From NCBI GenBank assembly GCA_964016885.1, contig OZ024743.1, positions 50,282,001 through 50,346,000 of the forward strand: a stretch of DNA of 64,000 nucleotides, read 5' to 3'. The notes below the pieces were generated by a model. The model worked only from the letters and a program-made list of their open reading frames with translations. It had not been told where the DNA came from and ran no database searches. Below, piece by piece: positions 38,979-50,283 of this stretch. Numbering within the stretch: the stretch's first letter is position 1; each line of letters opens with the position of its first letter. A program made the position numbers and the translations under genes. The stretch is from Eledone cirrhosa (taxonomy: Eukaryota).

Positions 38979-41900
38979 CTACAGGCGCATGATCAGAGTA
39001 GGCCCACTCACGCGGGCCATTCTCGCCACGTTCACCCACCTTTCAGTAAATGTACTGGGGGGCAGCACTTCTCTCTCCACCCTCACCTTCCTTTCCAAGT
39101 GAAACTTGAAGAAGTTGATGAGGGATTGGCCGAAGAGAAAAGTGTCTGTCTTCAGTCCTTTCAACCTGGTCCACCATGCAACCTCTTTCGCTACTGCCAC
39201 CAGGCAGAGGAAAATTGCCTGCCCTTCCTGACCAAAAGAAGGCGGCGGGTCAATCTTCACTATGGACTCGGACGATAGCCGGATCCGTTCTACACGCGAC
39301 AATAGCTGTTCGACATAACCCCACAAGTCAGCAATGCACGGACACTGGACGAGTGCGTGCAGAACGGTTTCGTCGCTCTGCGCGCATCTCGGGCAGGTTC
39401 GTCTGACAGCACTTCCGTGCCTGTAGAGTTTATCCCGAACCGGCAGCGCCCCCCGGTAGCACTGCCAAGCGAGGGATTTCTGGAAGTTATCCATCGTCCC
39501 CGGCTCGAAAGTCCTCCGGAACATACTGGTCAGTTCTACTTCGTTGACGCCCAGAGCCTCTCCTAGTACGTCATCGCACTTGCCCTCCACTAATCCTCTA
39601 TAGAAATCTTGAGTGGAAGTTCCACTGACCGCATTGCCCACCTTGCAGAGTGCAGTGAGCGCCTGGCAACATTCCAGATGCCAGTCGCCCAGTCTCGGTC
39701 TCTTCTTGACCCAGGACTGCAGCTCAGTCAAAGAGATGAGCTGCGGAAAGGCCCGTCTAACAAACGGCGACCACACCTGTTCACCGTTTAGGCAAAATAT
39801 CTGGAGATGTCGCAGCCTCAGCGCATGTCTGCGCATCATTAGCCACGGCATGCCCAGCCCTCCACGAAGAGGGTGCTGGCAGCAGATGGACCGCCTCACC
39901 AACGGGACCCGTCCCCTCCACAAAAATTTGAAAAGGAGCCGTTCCAAATTGGCGAGGCGTGGACGGGGGCAAGGCACGACGGTCAGGCGGTAGTAGATGA
40001 CGGACGCGATGTACGCGTTCGCCACCTCCGCCCGCCCTTTCAGTGATAGCTTTCTCTCAGCCCATTTCTGGGTGAGGTTGGCTATCCTGCTCGTCACCTC
40101 GTCCCAATTCTTATCCACCTGGAGGTCTGGTCCGAACCAAACCCCGAGCAACTTTACCGGTCCGTCTGTCCAGCGCCCAACGACGCTGTTGGACGGCATG
40201 GACTTGCCTCTCCAGGTGCCGAGCTGCAAGCCCACCGACTTTTCCGGGTTAAGTTTTGCTCCCGTCAACCTTTCATATTCCTCCAAATGGGTGCGGATCA
40301 CCTCGATTTCCGAGGTGTCCGACACCATCACGGTGATGTCGTCCGCATAAGCGGACGCAGCCTTTCTGCGTCCCGGTTCGAGCGGGATGCCCTGCAACAA
40401 CTCCAGCTTCCGCAGTAGAGGCTCAAGAGTCAATACGTACAGAAGTGAGGAGAGAGGGCACCCTTGACGGACCGATCGAGAGATCTGAAACGGTTCCGAG
40501 AGGTGGCCATTAACTTTGACCACCGAGCGGATGCCGCTGTACATTGCAGCGATCCAGCTTCTGAAGACGGGGCCGAAGCCAGCCGCCTCGAGGACAGCCT
40601 CCAAGTACCGATGGTCGACCCTATCGAATGCTTTCGATTGATCTAAATTGATCAGAGCCCCACCGAAGCCAGGTTTGCACCCAACCCTCTCTATGATGTA
40701 TCGCATGAGGTGGAGGTTGTCGTGTATGGACCTGGTCGGGATTGCGCAAGTTTGCGCCTCCCCAACCAAATCTTTGACGACAAGCGCCAACCTTTTCGCT
40801 AACACCTTGGCCAAAATCTTAAACTCTGTGTTGAGCAGGGTTATGGGCCTGAAATTATCTAGTGTGTCCCTCTTGTTCTCGTCTTTCCTTATCAGCGTCA
40901 CTACGCCACGGCTCACAGAACTGGGAATGCTCCCGTTCTGCTGCCAGTTGCAGTAGAGCGCTTCGAGGAGATCGGAGAACAAGTCTGGCATATTTACGTA
41001 AAGCTCGTAGGGCAGACCATCCAAACCGGGTGACTTGCGACTCGAGCAGCCGACAAGGGCGTCCTGAATTTCGGCTGATGTTATCGGCTCTTCGCAGCGC
41101 TCAGCGTCGGCCGTCGAGAGGCGTGGCAAGCCGTCGAGGTAGGGACTGAAGTCCGCCGCCGTCTCCGACTCACCCATCCTCCCGAACAATCGAGCAAAGT
41201 GCTGGCGAAAGGCCTCACACATCTGCTTGGAATCGCTCAGTTCGTGTCCATCTCGATCCGTCAAAGACCGAATTGTGGTTTTATTTCCACGCTGCGTCTC
41301 TGCAAAGCGAGCCCATCGGGCAGCTTTGGTTCCCTCGTTCCTCAGAGCACGCGCCTTAGCTCTGACAATGCAACCTTCGTGTTTCGCATTGAAGAAATGG
41401 TCTAGTGCCATTCTCGCCGCTAGCACGTCTGTTGCAATGCCACTACAAATAGCCTCGTCTAACTTAGCTATCAGCCCCTCCTCCTTTCTATTTTTCTCTA
41501 TTGCTACTTCTTTGCTAAATCCTATCGAGGTTGCTCTAATCTCTCTTTTGAGTGCCCCCCACCACCTGTTGTTGACAACCCCCCCTGTCAACTTTTGCTT
41601 AACTAAGTTGTTGACCCGGTCCCTGTAAGCTTTACGTGCCGGAAACGACATGTTTAGCTTCCAGTAGCTAGGTCCTAACCTACGTGTCTTATCTAGGTCG
41701 ACCATACAGATCACAAGCTTGTGATCTGAATAGGCAACCGTTTTAAAATGTGGACATCCTACACTATTTCTATCTCTTTTCCTAATGAAAATCCTATCTA
41801 TGTACGATCTAGATGACCCTATGCGATTGGTCCAGGTCCATACTGGCGCATTAGGGAAATCTAGTCGGTACCTGTCAGACAGTTGAAACTGGCTGATCAG

Positions 41901-42398
41901 GTACTTGAGGCTTTTGCACCCCCCGCTCCTATCAGATACTCCCACACAATCCCAGCGTGCTTCTAAGATGCCATTCCAATCCCCTATTAACAGTAAAGGG
42001 CGAGACGTAAGCAGAAAGTTTTCCAGGCGCCTAAAGAAGTCCGGCCGACCGGCCCCAGTAGGGGCGTAGACGGCCACCAGTCTAAAGGCACCACCTTCGC
42101 TATTGCTCACGTCCAGGACCACCAACTTTCCGTCAGGATCCCGGAAGATTGACCTTACCTCGAGATCCAGACATTTCCTAAACAGCACAGCCACTCCACC
42201 TCCCATTCCCGGCCGACTAACAGATGCAAAGATCTGATAATCGTCGAAAATCGGCGCCAGTGCGCGTGTGTCGGAAATTCTGGTCTCGCTGATGGCAATT
42301 ACATCCATTCCTAGTGACCTGAGGTCGTTGAGCAAGTGACCTTGCTTCCAGGGCGACCCCAGGCCACGAACATTTAAACTTCCTACTCTTATGGCCAT
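38979..42398 (-). CDS. Tx1/L1 ORF2p: APE endonuclease, reverse transcriptase, C-terminal zinc-binding domain (1139 aa)
   Basis: SLNVRG, SET, VYAP, GDWN, SYIDRIF, SDH; KSPGLDG, FRPITLLN, DQSKAFD, RQGCPLS, YADD; CPRC..HALVQC. Confidence 0.97.
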   Translation of the reverse strand: MAIRVGSLNVRGLGSPWKQGHLLNDLRSLGMDVIAISETRISDTRALAPIFDDYQIFASVSRPGMGGGVAVLFRKCLDLEVRSIFRDPDGKLVVLDVSNSEGGAFRLVAVYAPTGAGRPDFFRRLENFLLTSRPLLLIGDWNGILEARWDCVGVSDRSGGCKSLKYLISQFQLSDRYRLDFPNAPVWTWTNRIGSSRSYIDRIFIRKRDRNSVGCPHFKTVAYSDHKLVICMVDLDKTRRLGPSYWKLNMSFPARKAYRDRVNNLVKQKLTGGVVNNRWWGALKREIRATSIGFSKEVAIEKNRKEEGLIAKLDEAICSGIATDVLAARMALDHFFNAKHEGCIVRAKARALRNEGTKAARWARFAETQRGNKTTIRSLTDRDGHELSDSKQMCEAFRQHFARLFGRMGESETAADFSPYLDGLPRLSTADAERCEEPITSAEIQDALVGCSSRKSPGLDGLPYELYVNMPDLFSDLLEALYCNWQQNGSIPSSVSRGVVTLIRKDENKRDTLDNFRPITLLNTEFKILAKVLAKRLALVVKDLVGEAQTCAIPTRSIHDNLHLMRYIIERVGCKPGFGGALINLDQSKAFDRVDHRYLEAVLEAAGFGPVFRSWIAAMYSGIRSVVKVNGHLSEPFQISRSVRQGCPLSSLLYVLTLEPLLRKLELLQGIPLEPGRRKAASAYADDITVMVSDTSEIEVIRTHLEEYERLTGAKLNPEKSVGLQLGTWRGKSMPSNSVVGRWTDGPVKLLGVWFGPDLQVDKNWDEVTSRIANLTQKWAERKLSLKGRAEVANAYIASVIYYRLTVVPCPRPRLANLERLLFKFLWRGRVPLVRRSICCQHPLRGGLGMPWLMMRRHALRLRHLQIFCLNGEQVWSPFVRRAFPQLISLTELQSWVKKRPRLGDWHLECCQALTALCKVGNAVSGTSTQDFYRGLVEGKCDDVLGEALGVNEVELTSMFRRTFEPGTMDNFQKSLAWQCYRGALPVRDKLYRHGSAVRRTCPRCAQSDETVLHALVQCPCIADLWGYVEQLLSRVERIRLSSESIVKIDPPPSFGQEGQAIFLCLVAVAKEVAWWTRLKGLKTDTFLFGQSLINFFKFHLERKVRVEREVLPPSTFTERWVNVARMARVSGPTLIMRL

Positions 42399-42427
42399 GC
42401 TGGCAGGATGAATGGGAGAGGAAAGGT

Positions 42428-44338
42428 TTACTTACCTTCCGGGGTCTTGTGAAGGTCGGGTGGTTCGACCTCCATGGTTTGTGGGGTTTCTTTTGGGAAC
42501 CCCTTTAATAGTCTTGACGTGGGTTTTACGTTCGGGGTTCCCACATCCCGAGGAAAGCTCTTTCGAATTTCTTTGTATGAAGCGAGCGACATTCGCATCA
42601 GAAGCAAATTATCTGGTACGCGAAATGTGCTCGCTTCAAATGTTTCCCCGTCTTTTTCGATGTTTGTGCTTCGTGCTACATGGGCCATCAATTCCTTGTT
42701 GGCCCTTCTGGCGAGCACGAAGTTTTTAATGTTTTGTTGCTCGGGTTTTATTTGTTCGTGTGATTGTGGTGGTGATAGCTTTGTTAGTGTTGTTTCTATT
42801 GTGTCTGCGTTTGTTGTGGGTGGGGTGTCTGTAGTTTCTGATGTTTGTGTGTCTATTTGTTCTTGTGTCTGTTTAGCTTGTTTGCGTTTGGGGGATTTTG
42901 GTGGTTGTGTTGGTGATGCTGTGGGGAAAATGTTTGTGTGGGTGGTGTGTGTATTTTTTTTTGTGGGGGTGTCTGTGCTTTGTGGATTTCTTTTTTTTTT
43001 GTGTTTTGTTTTTTGTATTTTGGGGGACTTTGGTTTTCCCTCATCTTCACTGCTGGAGGATGAGGGGTCTGTGGCTGTGAGCGTGTTTGTGTCTGAGTGA
43101 GTGTTTATGTTCTTGTTCGTGTGTGTATTTTGGGGGGGAGGGGGAATGGGAGAGCTTTCCTCGTTTCCCCCCTGGGTGTGCAATTTTGGTGGTTCCATTG
43201 TTGACGGTGTTGCTGGTGGTCCTTGTCCCGGCGTCGCCAGCAGTGGAATCTTTCGACCCCTTGCGCTTTTCGGCAGTTGAGGGCAGAAGGCTCGCAAGTG
43301 TGTCGTTTCCCCACAAAGGAAACAATGCGGCCTTTTGCCCTCAGTCATTATATGCAACACCCTCCCGTTTTGGAGGCGGATGTGGTCCGGGATTGTTTTT
43401 ACGTTTTCGGGTCTGATTTGGAGCAGTATCTCCAGATCAACCCCGGACCAGTCGTCCCTGGCAGTTCTCGTTGCCTCTACCGGGACTGTATCCGTTCCTT
43501 CCACGATTACGCAACCCAGGAGCCACCACATATCAAGTCCTGGTGGAATCCTGGGAATGCGCACACGTGCTATTCGTTTTCCCATGTGGGAGGGGTACAT
43601 TATGACCTTGCTGGTTTTGCAAGGGGTCATTGAATGCTTCACAGCGAGGGCTTCAGACTTGAACAGCACCGAAACGGTGCCGTATTGCCTGCCCCTCTCT
43701 ATGAAGTCTGTGTCCTCTCTGATGTATTTCAGTGCGGCTTCTATGTCAGCTTGGGCGATTATCGCTGCCCTCTTTGTCTCTACTGAGATGCATCTGAAAT
43801 GCACCGTTCTTTTTTCCACTGCCTCAATGGCTTCTGCCGGGACAGTTAAGTTTGCCCAGGTCTGCTCTTGATTTATGATTTTCCAGGCCTGGGCCAACTT
43901 TTCCTCTCTGTTGGTTAAGTCGATGCTGTAGCATGGTCTCCTTTTAGCCGCTGCCACAGCAGCGAAAGTGTTCTTGTTGGTGTTGTCACTGTTGTTGTTC
44001 TTGTTGGTGTTGCTGCTGCTATTGCTGTTGTTGTTCTCCCCTGTGTCGTGGTTACCTTCTGTGCTGTTGGCCTTGTTGGTGCTGCTGCTGTCGCTACTAT
44101 TACTCTCTGTGCTGTTCGTTTTGTTGGTGCTCTCGCTATTACCACCTTCTGCGCTGTTCGGCTTGTTGGTGTTGGTGTTGTCGCTGTTACCACCTTCCGC
44201 GCCGCTCGGCCCGTTGGTGCTGGCACTGTCGCTGCTCACATTCGTGCTGGTGGCGCTCCTCGCCTCACCTCTCCTCTCAACGCTCAAGTCGCCGTTGCAC
44301 GACAGCAGACCCGCCTCTAGGGGGCGTGGCTCCGCCAT
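42428..44338 (-). CDS. Tx1 ORF1p (636 aa) with CCHC zinc knuckle
   Basis: Uninterrupted ORF upstream of ORF2; CFLCGETTHLRAFC; low-complexity S/N/T N-terminus and P/T/K-rich region. Confidence 0.9.
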   Translation of the reverse strand: MAEPRPLEAGLLSCNGDLSVERRGEARSATSTNVSSDSASTNGPSGAEGGNSDNTNTNKPNSAEGGNSESTNKTNSTESNSSDSSSTNKANSTEGNHDTGENNNSNSSSNTNKNNNSDNTNKNTFAAVAAAKRRPCYSIDLTNREEKLAQAWKIINQEQTWANLTVPAEAIEAVEKRTVHFRCISVETKRAAIIAQADIEAALKYIREDTDFIERGRQYGTVSVLFKSEALAVKHSMTPCKTSKVIMYPSHMGKRIARVRIPRIPPGLDMWWLLGCVIVEGTDTVPVEATRTARDDWSGVDLEILLQIRPENVKTIPDHIRLQNGRVLHIMTEGKRPHCFLCGETTHLRAFCPQLPKSARGRKIPLLATPGQGPPATPSTMEPPKLHTQGGNEESSPIPPPPQNTHTNKNINTHSDTNTLTATDPSSSSSEDEGKPKSPKIQKTKHKKKRNPQSTDTPTKKNTHTTHTNIFPTASPTQPPKSPKRKQAKQTQEQIDTQTSETTDTPPTTNADTIETTLTKLSPPQSHEQIKPEQQNIKNFVLARRANKELMAHVARSTNIEKDGETFEASTFRVPDNLLLMRMSLASYKEIRKSFPRDVGTPNVKPTSRLLKGFPKETPQTMEVEPPDLHKTPEGK

Positions 44339-44683
44339 GTTTTTTTGAGAAAAAAATTATTTTTTTTTTTTTTCAAAATAAAGTTCAAATATTTGGGCCA
44401 AAAGGCCCAAATATTATGAGTTATTCCTTCACAGGATACAAATTAATGTCTTATAATGCTTCAGCGGTACAAAAAATAAACAATTCTCTACAATTAATCC
44501 TCAAAAATTGCTTACTCACGGAGCTTCAAAAAACGTACATCCACTTTCGTCAATAATAATAATAATAATAACAACAATAATAATAATGACAACAACAATA
44601 ATAATATACATATACATATATATATACACATACACGCACACACATAAGCATATCTATAAACACACACACACACACGATAGCAA

Positions 44684-45705
44684 CTAACAGCGCTGCGATC
44701 GAATGTGGCTTTTTAGCCCAGCCAATGATCTAAAATGTCTTGCACAGAGTCGGCAACCAAAACATTCACTGGGAATAGTCGGCTGTGGTTGGAGTTCGTG
44801 TACTTTTGCATGTCGCTTGAGCACTCCTGCTGATTTACATTCTCTACCACATGTTTGGCAAGCATGATGAGTAGCATCTCCAACAGCAGCCTGGTAGTCA
44901 ACCACTGGTCTTACTTTATGACTGCGAAGATGACTTTCGAGTCCAGCTTTGCTTAGGCAGAGTCTCGCACAGACGCTGCATGTCAGCACCATAGGAGGAC
45001 CCTCGCCGTCTGGAAGTGCAACAGCAATGCCCTTCCTCACATCCCGCTTTACTTTCTCGTATGCGATTCGAAATGCCTCAAAGGCAACTTTTCCCTCATA
45101 TACAATCTTTCTCCATTTATTACGATTAGCAGCAATATTTTCCCATGTATCAGCAGAGATGTTAGCGTCTTTCAGAGACGCTTTCAATCAATCCTTATAC
45201 CTCTTTTTTGGTTTATGTGGCGGTCGTTTTCCTTTAACCAACTCTCCATAAAAGAGTTGTTTTGATATTCTAGAATCCTTCATCCTGGCAAGGTGACCAC
45301 TCCAACGGAGTCGTTGCTTAAGCACAAGAGCTTCTATACTGTCACACATAGAGCTTTCCAAAATCTCGACATCACTGATGTGGTCCCTCCAGTAAACGCC
45401 ATGGATCCGTCTGAGACACATCTGATGGAAACGCTCCAATTGCTTAAAGTGGTGTCGATACGTGACCCAGGTCTCGCAGGCATAAAGAAGACAAGAGAGC
45501 ACACATGCCTGTACACCTTTACCTTTGTCCTCCTGCATATGTCTCGCCGACCCCAGAGTCGCCTTTCTAGCTTTCCGAAAGCATCACTTGCTTTCCTAAT
45601 CCTAAGTGAGATTTCACTGTCAAGGTTGCTGTATCGATTGACAGTGCTTCCCAGGTAGACAAACTGATCAACCACTCCAAGTCGTTTGCCATACACATAG
45701 ATGTT
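44684..45705 (-). mobile_element. 5'-truncated RTE-clade LINE with three C-terminal C2H2 fingers
   Basis: FVYLGS..EISLRIRKASDAFGKL, LLYACETW, RLRWSGHLARM; CSVC..H..H, CQTC..H..H, CRLC..H. One frameshift and one stop. Confidence 0.9.
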
Positions 45706-46008
45706 ACACACATACATACATACATACATACATACATACATACATACATACATACATACATACATACATACATACATACATAGAGAGATAGATTAATAGA
45801 TATACAAACATATTTACGTGTGTATATGTTTGTGTATGAGCATGCATGCGTGTCTGTGTGAGTGTATAGCACACCACATTAGGATAACATTATAGTTTAG
45901 CCTTTCTCAGTGAAAACTTTAGTATACGTTCTAAAATATAAGAAGATTGTTGGAATGTAAGTCTATTGGAAAGTTCCGGAGCAGCCAGCCTTTTCTTCTC
46001 TGTCTAAC

Positions 46009-46085
<77 letters not shown>

Positions 46086-46316
46086 TACAGAGGAGAAAGG
46101 TATATATATATATATATATAGTTATGTAATAAACAACATAAGATAATTATTTCATTTACCAGTGGTTTCTTGAAGGCAGATGTTATGTCTGTCTTTAGTC
46201 GTCAGAATGAATAAATAACATGGAGTTTTTATTAAATATCTAATAACTAATAAGCTCTGTAGCCTACATAGAGCACTCTTTTTTCCTGTACCTTTCAACG
46301 GAAATACTCCATTCAT

Positions 46317-46608
<292 letters not shown>

Positions 46609-46671
46609 ATATATATATATATGCATATATTCATTAATATTCCACCAACAACACAAGCAACACCCACATAC

Positions 46672-46723
<52 letters not shown>

Positions 46724-46974
46724 TTATATATATAAGGGAACAATGAGTCAGTGCTGCATCATATTACATATGTTTCACTGTCGATTAGCTCGAGGAACGA
46801 TCTATCAATGATCGAATCTGAACCTGACTCTGGAATCGGAAGTTCCTCAGATATGTTTATATAAGAACATTGAAACATTGAAATAATACTATTCTCGCAC
46901 CAATCTCTCTATATATATAATACTTACACACACACACGCACACATACATACACATACAAATATATATATGCATG

Positions 46975-47061
<87 letters not shown>

Positions 47062-47134
47062 GAGTTAAACAAGATTCAATGAGTACATCAACGAATGAGT
47101 TTTACAGTAGATTGGAAGCACTCTACAGTAAAAT

Positions 47135-47385
47135 ATTTTATTATACATATTGCAGAGGTACGTGAATCAGGTTCAACAGTACGTCCTCATCAGATAAAAT
47201 AAAATGATGGATGACACACCCTGAGATGTTAGATGGTTAAGATTCAATCAAGGTAGTCAAGTGCTACCTTGATTGAATCTTAACCATCTAACATCTCAGG
47301 GTGTGTCATGCATCATTTTATTTTATCTGATGAGGACGTACTGTTGAACCTGATTCACGTACCTCTGCAATATGTATAATAAAAT
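47135..47385. repeat. Near-perfect inverted repeat, 122-bp arms, 7-nt loop (PLE-type inversion)
   Basis: Arms 47135-47256 and 47264-47385 with one mismatch; contain CTGATGA and AATAAA. Confidence 0.92.
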
Positions 47386-47426
47386 TTAATTGATCACAAG
47401 AACATCTATTTTATTAATATTTGTAT

Positions 47427-47486
<60 letters not shown>

Positions 47487-47490
47487 TTCT

Positions 47491-47527
47491 TTCTTCTGAT
47501 GAAGGACTAGCGTCCGAAACGTTAAAA
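47491..47527 (+). ncRNA. Minimal hammerhead motif (PLE remnant)
   Basis: tt-CTGATGA-a-GGAC tagc GTCC-GAAAC-GTT-aa; stem I is weak. Confidence 0.7.
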
Positions 47528-47608
47528 CCCTCTTCCTGCTATATCAAGCGTTAATCTAATATATTTCTTCCATATACTGTACCGATTGTGTTGTTATCTC
47601 TGTTTACC

Positions 47609-47670
<62 letters not shown>

Positions 47671-47808
47671 GGTGTGTATATATTATGGAGTACACCAACT
47701 TTGAAGTGTTTCAGGCAGGGAGTCCAAATTACATTTCTTGTTATTTTAATATATTTTTCTTCACCTTTTACTAATATTTTCCGATATTCAGTTCCTATCC
47801 TCTTTTAT

Positions 47809-47900
<92 letters not shown>

Positions 47901-48524
47901 TCATTCTCTCTCTCTCTCTCTCTCTCTCGCTCGCTCTCTCTCTCTCGCTCTCACTCTCTCTCTCTCTTCATGTGTGTGTGTATGTATGTGGGCGTATATA
48001 TATCTAAATATCTGCCTTACTCTCTTTTTATTTTCAATGTTGTATGTCGCTGATAACTGTGTTAGATCTATAAAGTTTTCTCTTAACTCTGTAAATAAAT
48101 ACGTAGATTCTACATGAGCAATGGTGTTTTATCTCGGTGATATTGTGATAGTCACACTAGGAGCAGACGACATTCAGTGGAAATTTAATCAGGATAGAAG
48201 CAGTTTATTATTTTGAAAGGCGGCTTTACTAGTAATAATTTCAAACGATGTTCCGATATTAATCTGATTTTCTACTAAAACGTCTTTTTCAATTAGCTTT
48301 TCTTTGTATTCATATAGAATCGCATTTTCTTAATTCCTTCCAACATGGCGTGTTATTTGCTATAGTTTTATCTGATGTGTTTATATTATACATTCTTACT
48401 TAGAAGTTTTCTTTCAAAATTGTTATTGCACATTTTTTTATTTTATTTTATGAATGTTAAAATGAATCTTTGATATAATAGTTTTACAGATTTCATATCT
48501 TTATGTTTAGTTTCGTATCTGGCT

Positions 48525-48675
48525 ACAGTTGTATATCGGTCATATACACCAACAGTTGTATATATATCATATACACCAACAGTTGTATATCATATACACC
48601 AACAGTTGTATATCATATACACCAACAGTTGTATGTCATATACACCAACAGTTGTATATCTATCATATACATCAA
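48525..48675. repeat. 23-bp tandem repeat (atacaccaacagttgtatatcat)
   Basis: About 6 copies. Confidence 0.9.
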
Positions 48676-48834
48676 CTTACCAACGAGCCTATAAATCTAC
48701 AATATTTAAAACAGACGACAGCAGTATGAAGGGAGATAATAAGATTGCTAACAAACATCGTGTCTACGGAGTTGTCTTGTTTTACAATTCGCTGGTGGCG
48801 TCTCAGAAGCTCTAATGCGTGTGTTTGTGTAAAA

Positions 48835-48970
48835 ACGGGTGGTTTAGTGGTTAGGGTGTTGGGTTTACGATAACAAAGTCCTTGTTTCAAATCCCAGACC
48901 AGGTAACGTTGTGTCCTTGAGAAAAACACGTCATTTCATATTGCTCCACTTCACTCAGCTGAAAATAAGT
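48835..48970 (+). mobile_element. tRNA-derived SINE family 2 head
   Basis: TGGTTTAGTGG A-box, GTTTCAAATCC B-box, GTGTCCTTGAG..TTGCTCCAC..CACTCAGCTG. Confidence 0.75.
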
Positions 48971-49058
48971 ACCTAAGGCTACAGCAGAAGATAGTGAGAC
49001 CGACGAAGCGAACTTAACAGCCATACTGCTATGCATATGCTAAACTTATTCTCATAAT

Positions 49059-49246
49059 TGTTTCTACTTTTGGAACAAGGCCAGCAATTACTCAGTACAT
49101 TACTGGTACTTTATTTTATCGACCCCGTAAGAATGAAAGGCAAAGTTAACCTCGGCGGGATTTGAACTCAGAATGGCAAGGACCGTAACTCTATGCTGCA
49201 AAGCATGGTGTCCGACCCTCTACCGATACTGCCAATCCACCGCCCC
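49059..49246 (-). mobile_element. SINE family 1, 12-bp TSD
   Basis: TSD tattctcataat at 49047-49058 and 49247-49258. Confidence 0.92.
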
Positions 49247-49269
49247 TATTCTCATAATAAACATCTAAT

Positions 49270-49462
49270 AGCCGTTGGGTTGCCAACACCGGTAGAGCGT
49301 CGGACGGCATGCTTTGCGGCATAGAGTTACATCCCTTTCTGAGTTGAAATTCCGCCTAGGTTAGCTTTGCCTTTCATCCTTATAGGTTCGGTAAAATAAA
49401 ATACCAGTAACGTACTGGGTTGATTTATGCACAAGATCGAATTATTGACCTTGTGCCTAAAC
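49270..49462 (+). mobile_element. Older SINE family 1 copy
   Basis: Head, core ctttgcctttcatcct..aaaataaatacc, tail accttgtgcc. Confidence 0.85.
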
Positions 49463-50022
49463 CCAAACCCTTTAAAATACATATTTGTAGATTATCTTTA
49501 TTTCATTACGAACGTCTTTTGCTTGGTTCGATCGCCTAAAGATGGTAATAATTGTTTGTGAAAGCAGAAGGACTCAAATTAGGTCTTTGCAGGTGATCAG
49601 AAAGATCCAGAGAGTTTAATGTAGAAGTACGAGATGAGGATATGGAAATATATATAATACATTAAGTATACTGGTGCTTAGTTTCAGTCTGGTGTCTTAG
49701 AATATGATGGAACTTTTATGATGGTAGGATCAGTAAGACGGGCAAGAGTTCTTTACTGTGGCGAAATATAAGGAAACTATCTCTGAGCAATTATTGGTCG
49801 AGAAAAATAAAGAAACAGAAGAAAGAAAAATGAGAAAATAACGATAGTGGGAGTGGGAGTGTTGTATAAAGCGGGGAAGGGGTTGCGGTGCTAGAATTGG
49901 TATTAAGATTGTATCTGGTGAGAATTCTAATTGTGATATTCCTGAAATGGAGACGACTTCACCATTGAATGTATGTTTTAACTTGAAAGTCTTCGGTAAC
50001 TTTCATTGAATTTGTAAACTGG

Positions 50023-50226
50023 CTTCTTCTTCTTCTTCTTCTTCTTCTTCTTCTTCTTCTTCTTCTTCTTCTTCTTCTTCTTCTTCTTCTTCTTCTTCTT
50101 CTTCTTCTCCTCCTCCTCCTCCTCATCTTCTTCTTCTTCTTCTTCTTCTTCTTCTTCTTCTTCTTCTTCTTCTTCTTCTTCTTCTTCTTCTTCTTCTTCT
50201 TCTTCTTCTTCTTCTTCTTCTTCTTC
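50023..50226. repeat. (CTT)n microsatellite
   Basis: Directly visible. Confidence 0.95.
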
Positions 50227-50283
50227 TATTTAATGTCTTTATCCACAGACACACACACACACATATATATATAGAGAGATAGA

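Larger units (their letters stand above)
38726..44551 (-). mobile_element. Full-length, apparently intact L1/Tx1-clade LINE (subfamily A)
   Basis: ~210-nt 5'UTR, ORF1, 29-nt spacer, ORF2, ~250-nt 3'UTR with stem-loop and AATAAA. (AAT)n on both flanks. Confidence 0.95.

Noticed and set aside
39176-44348. Plus-strand ORFs overlapping the Tx1
   Set aside because: Antisense shadows of GC-rich coding sequence, with no domains.
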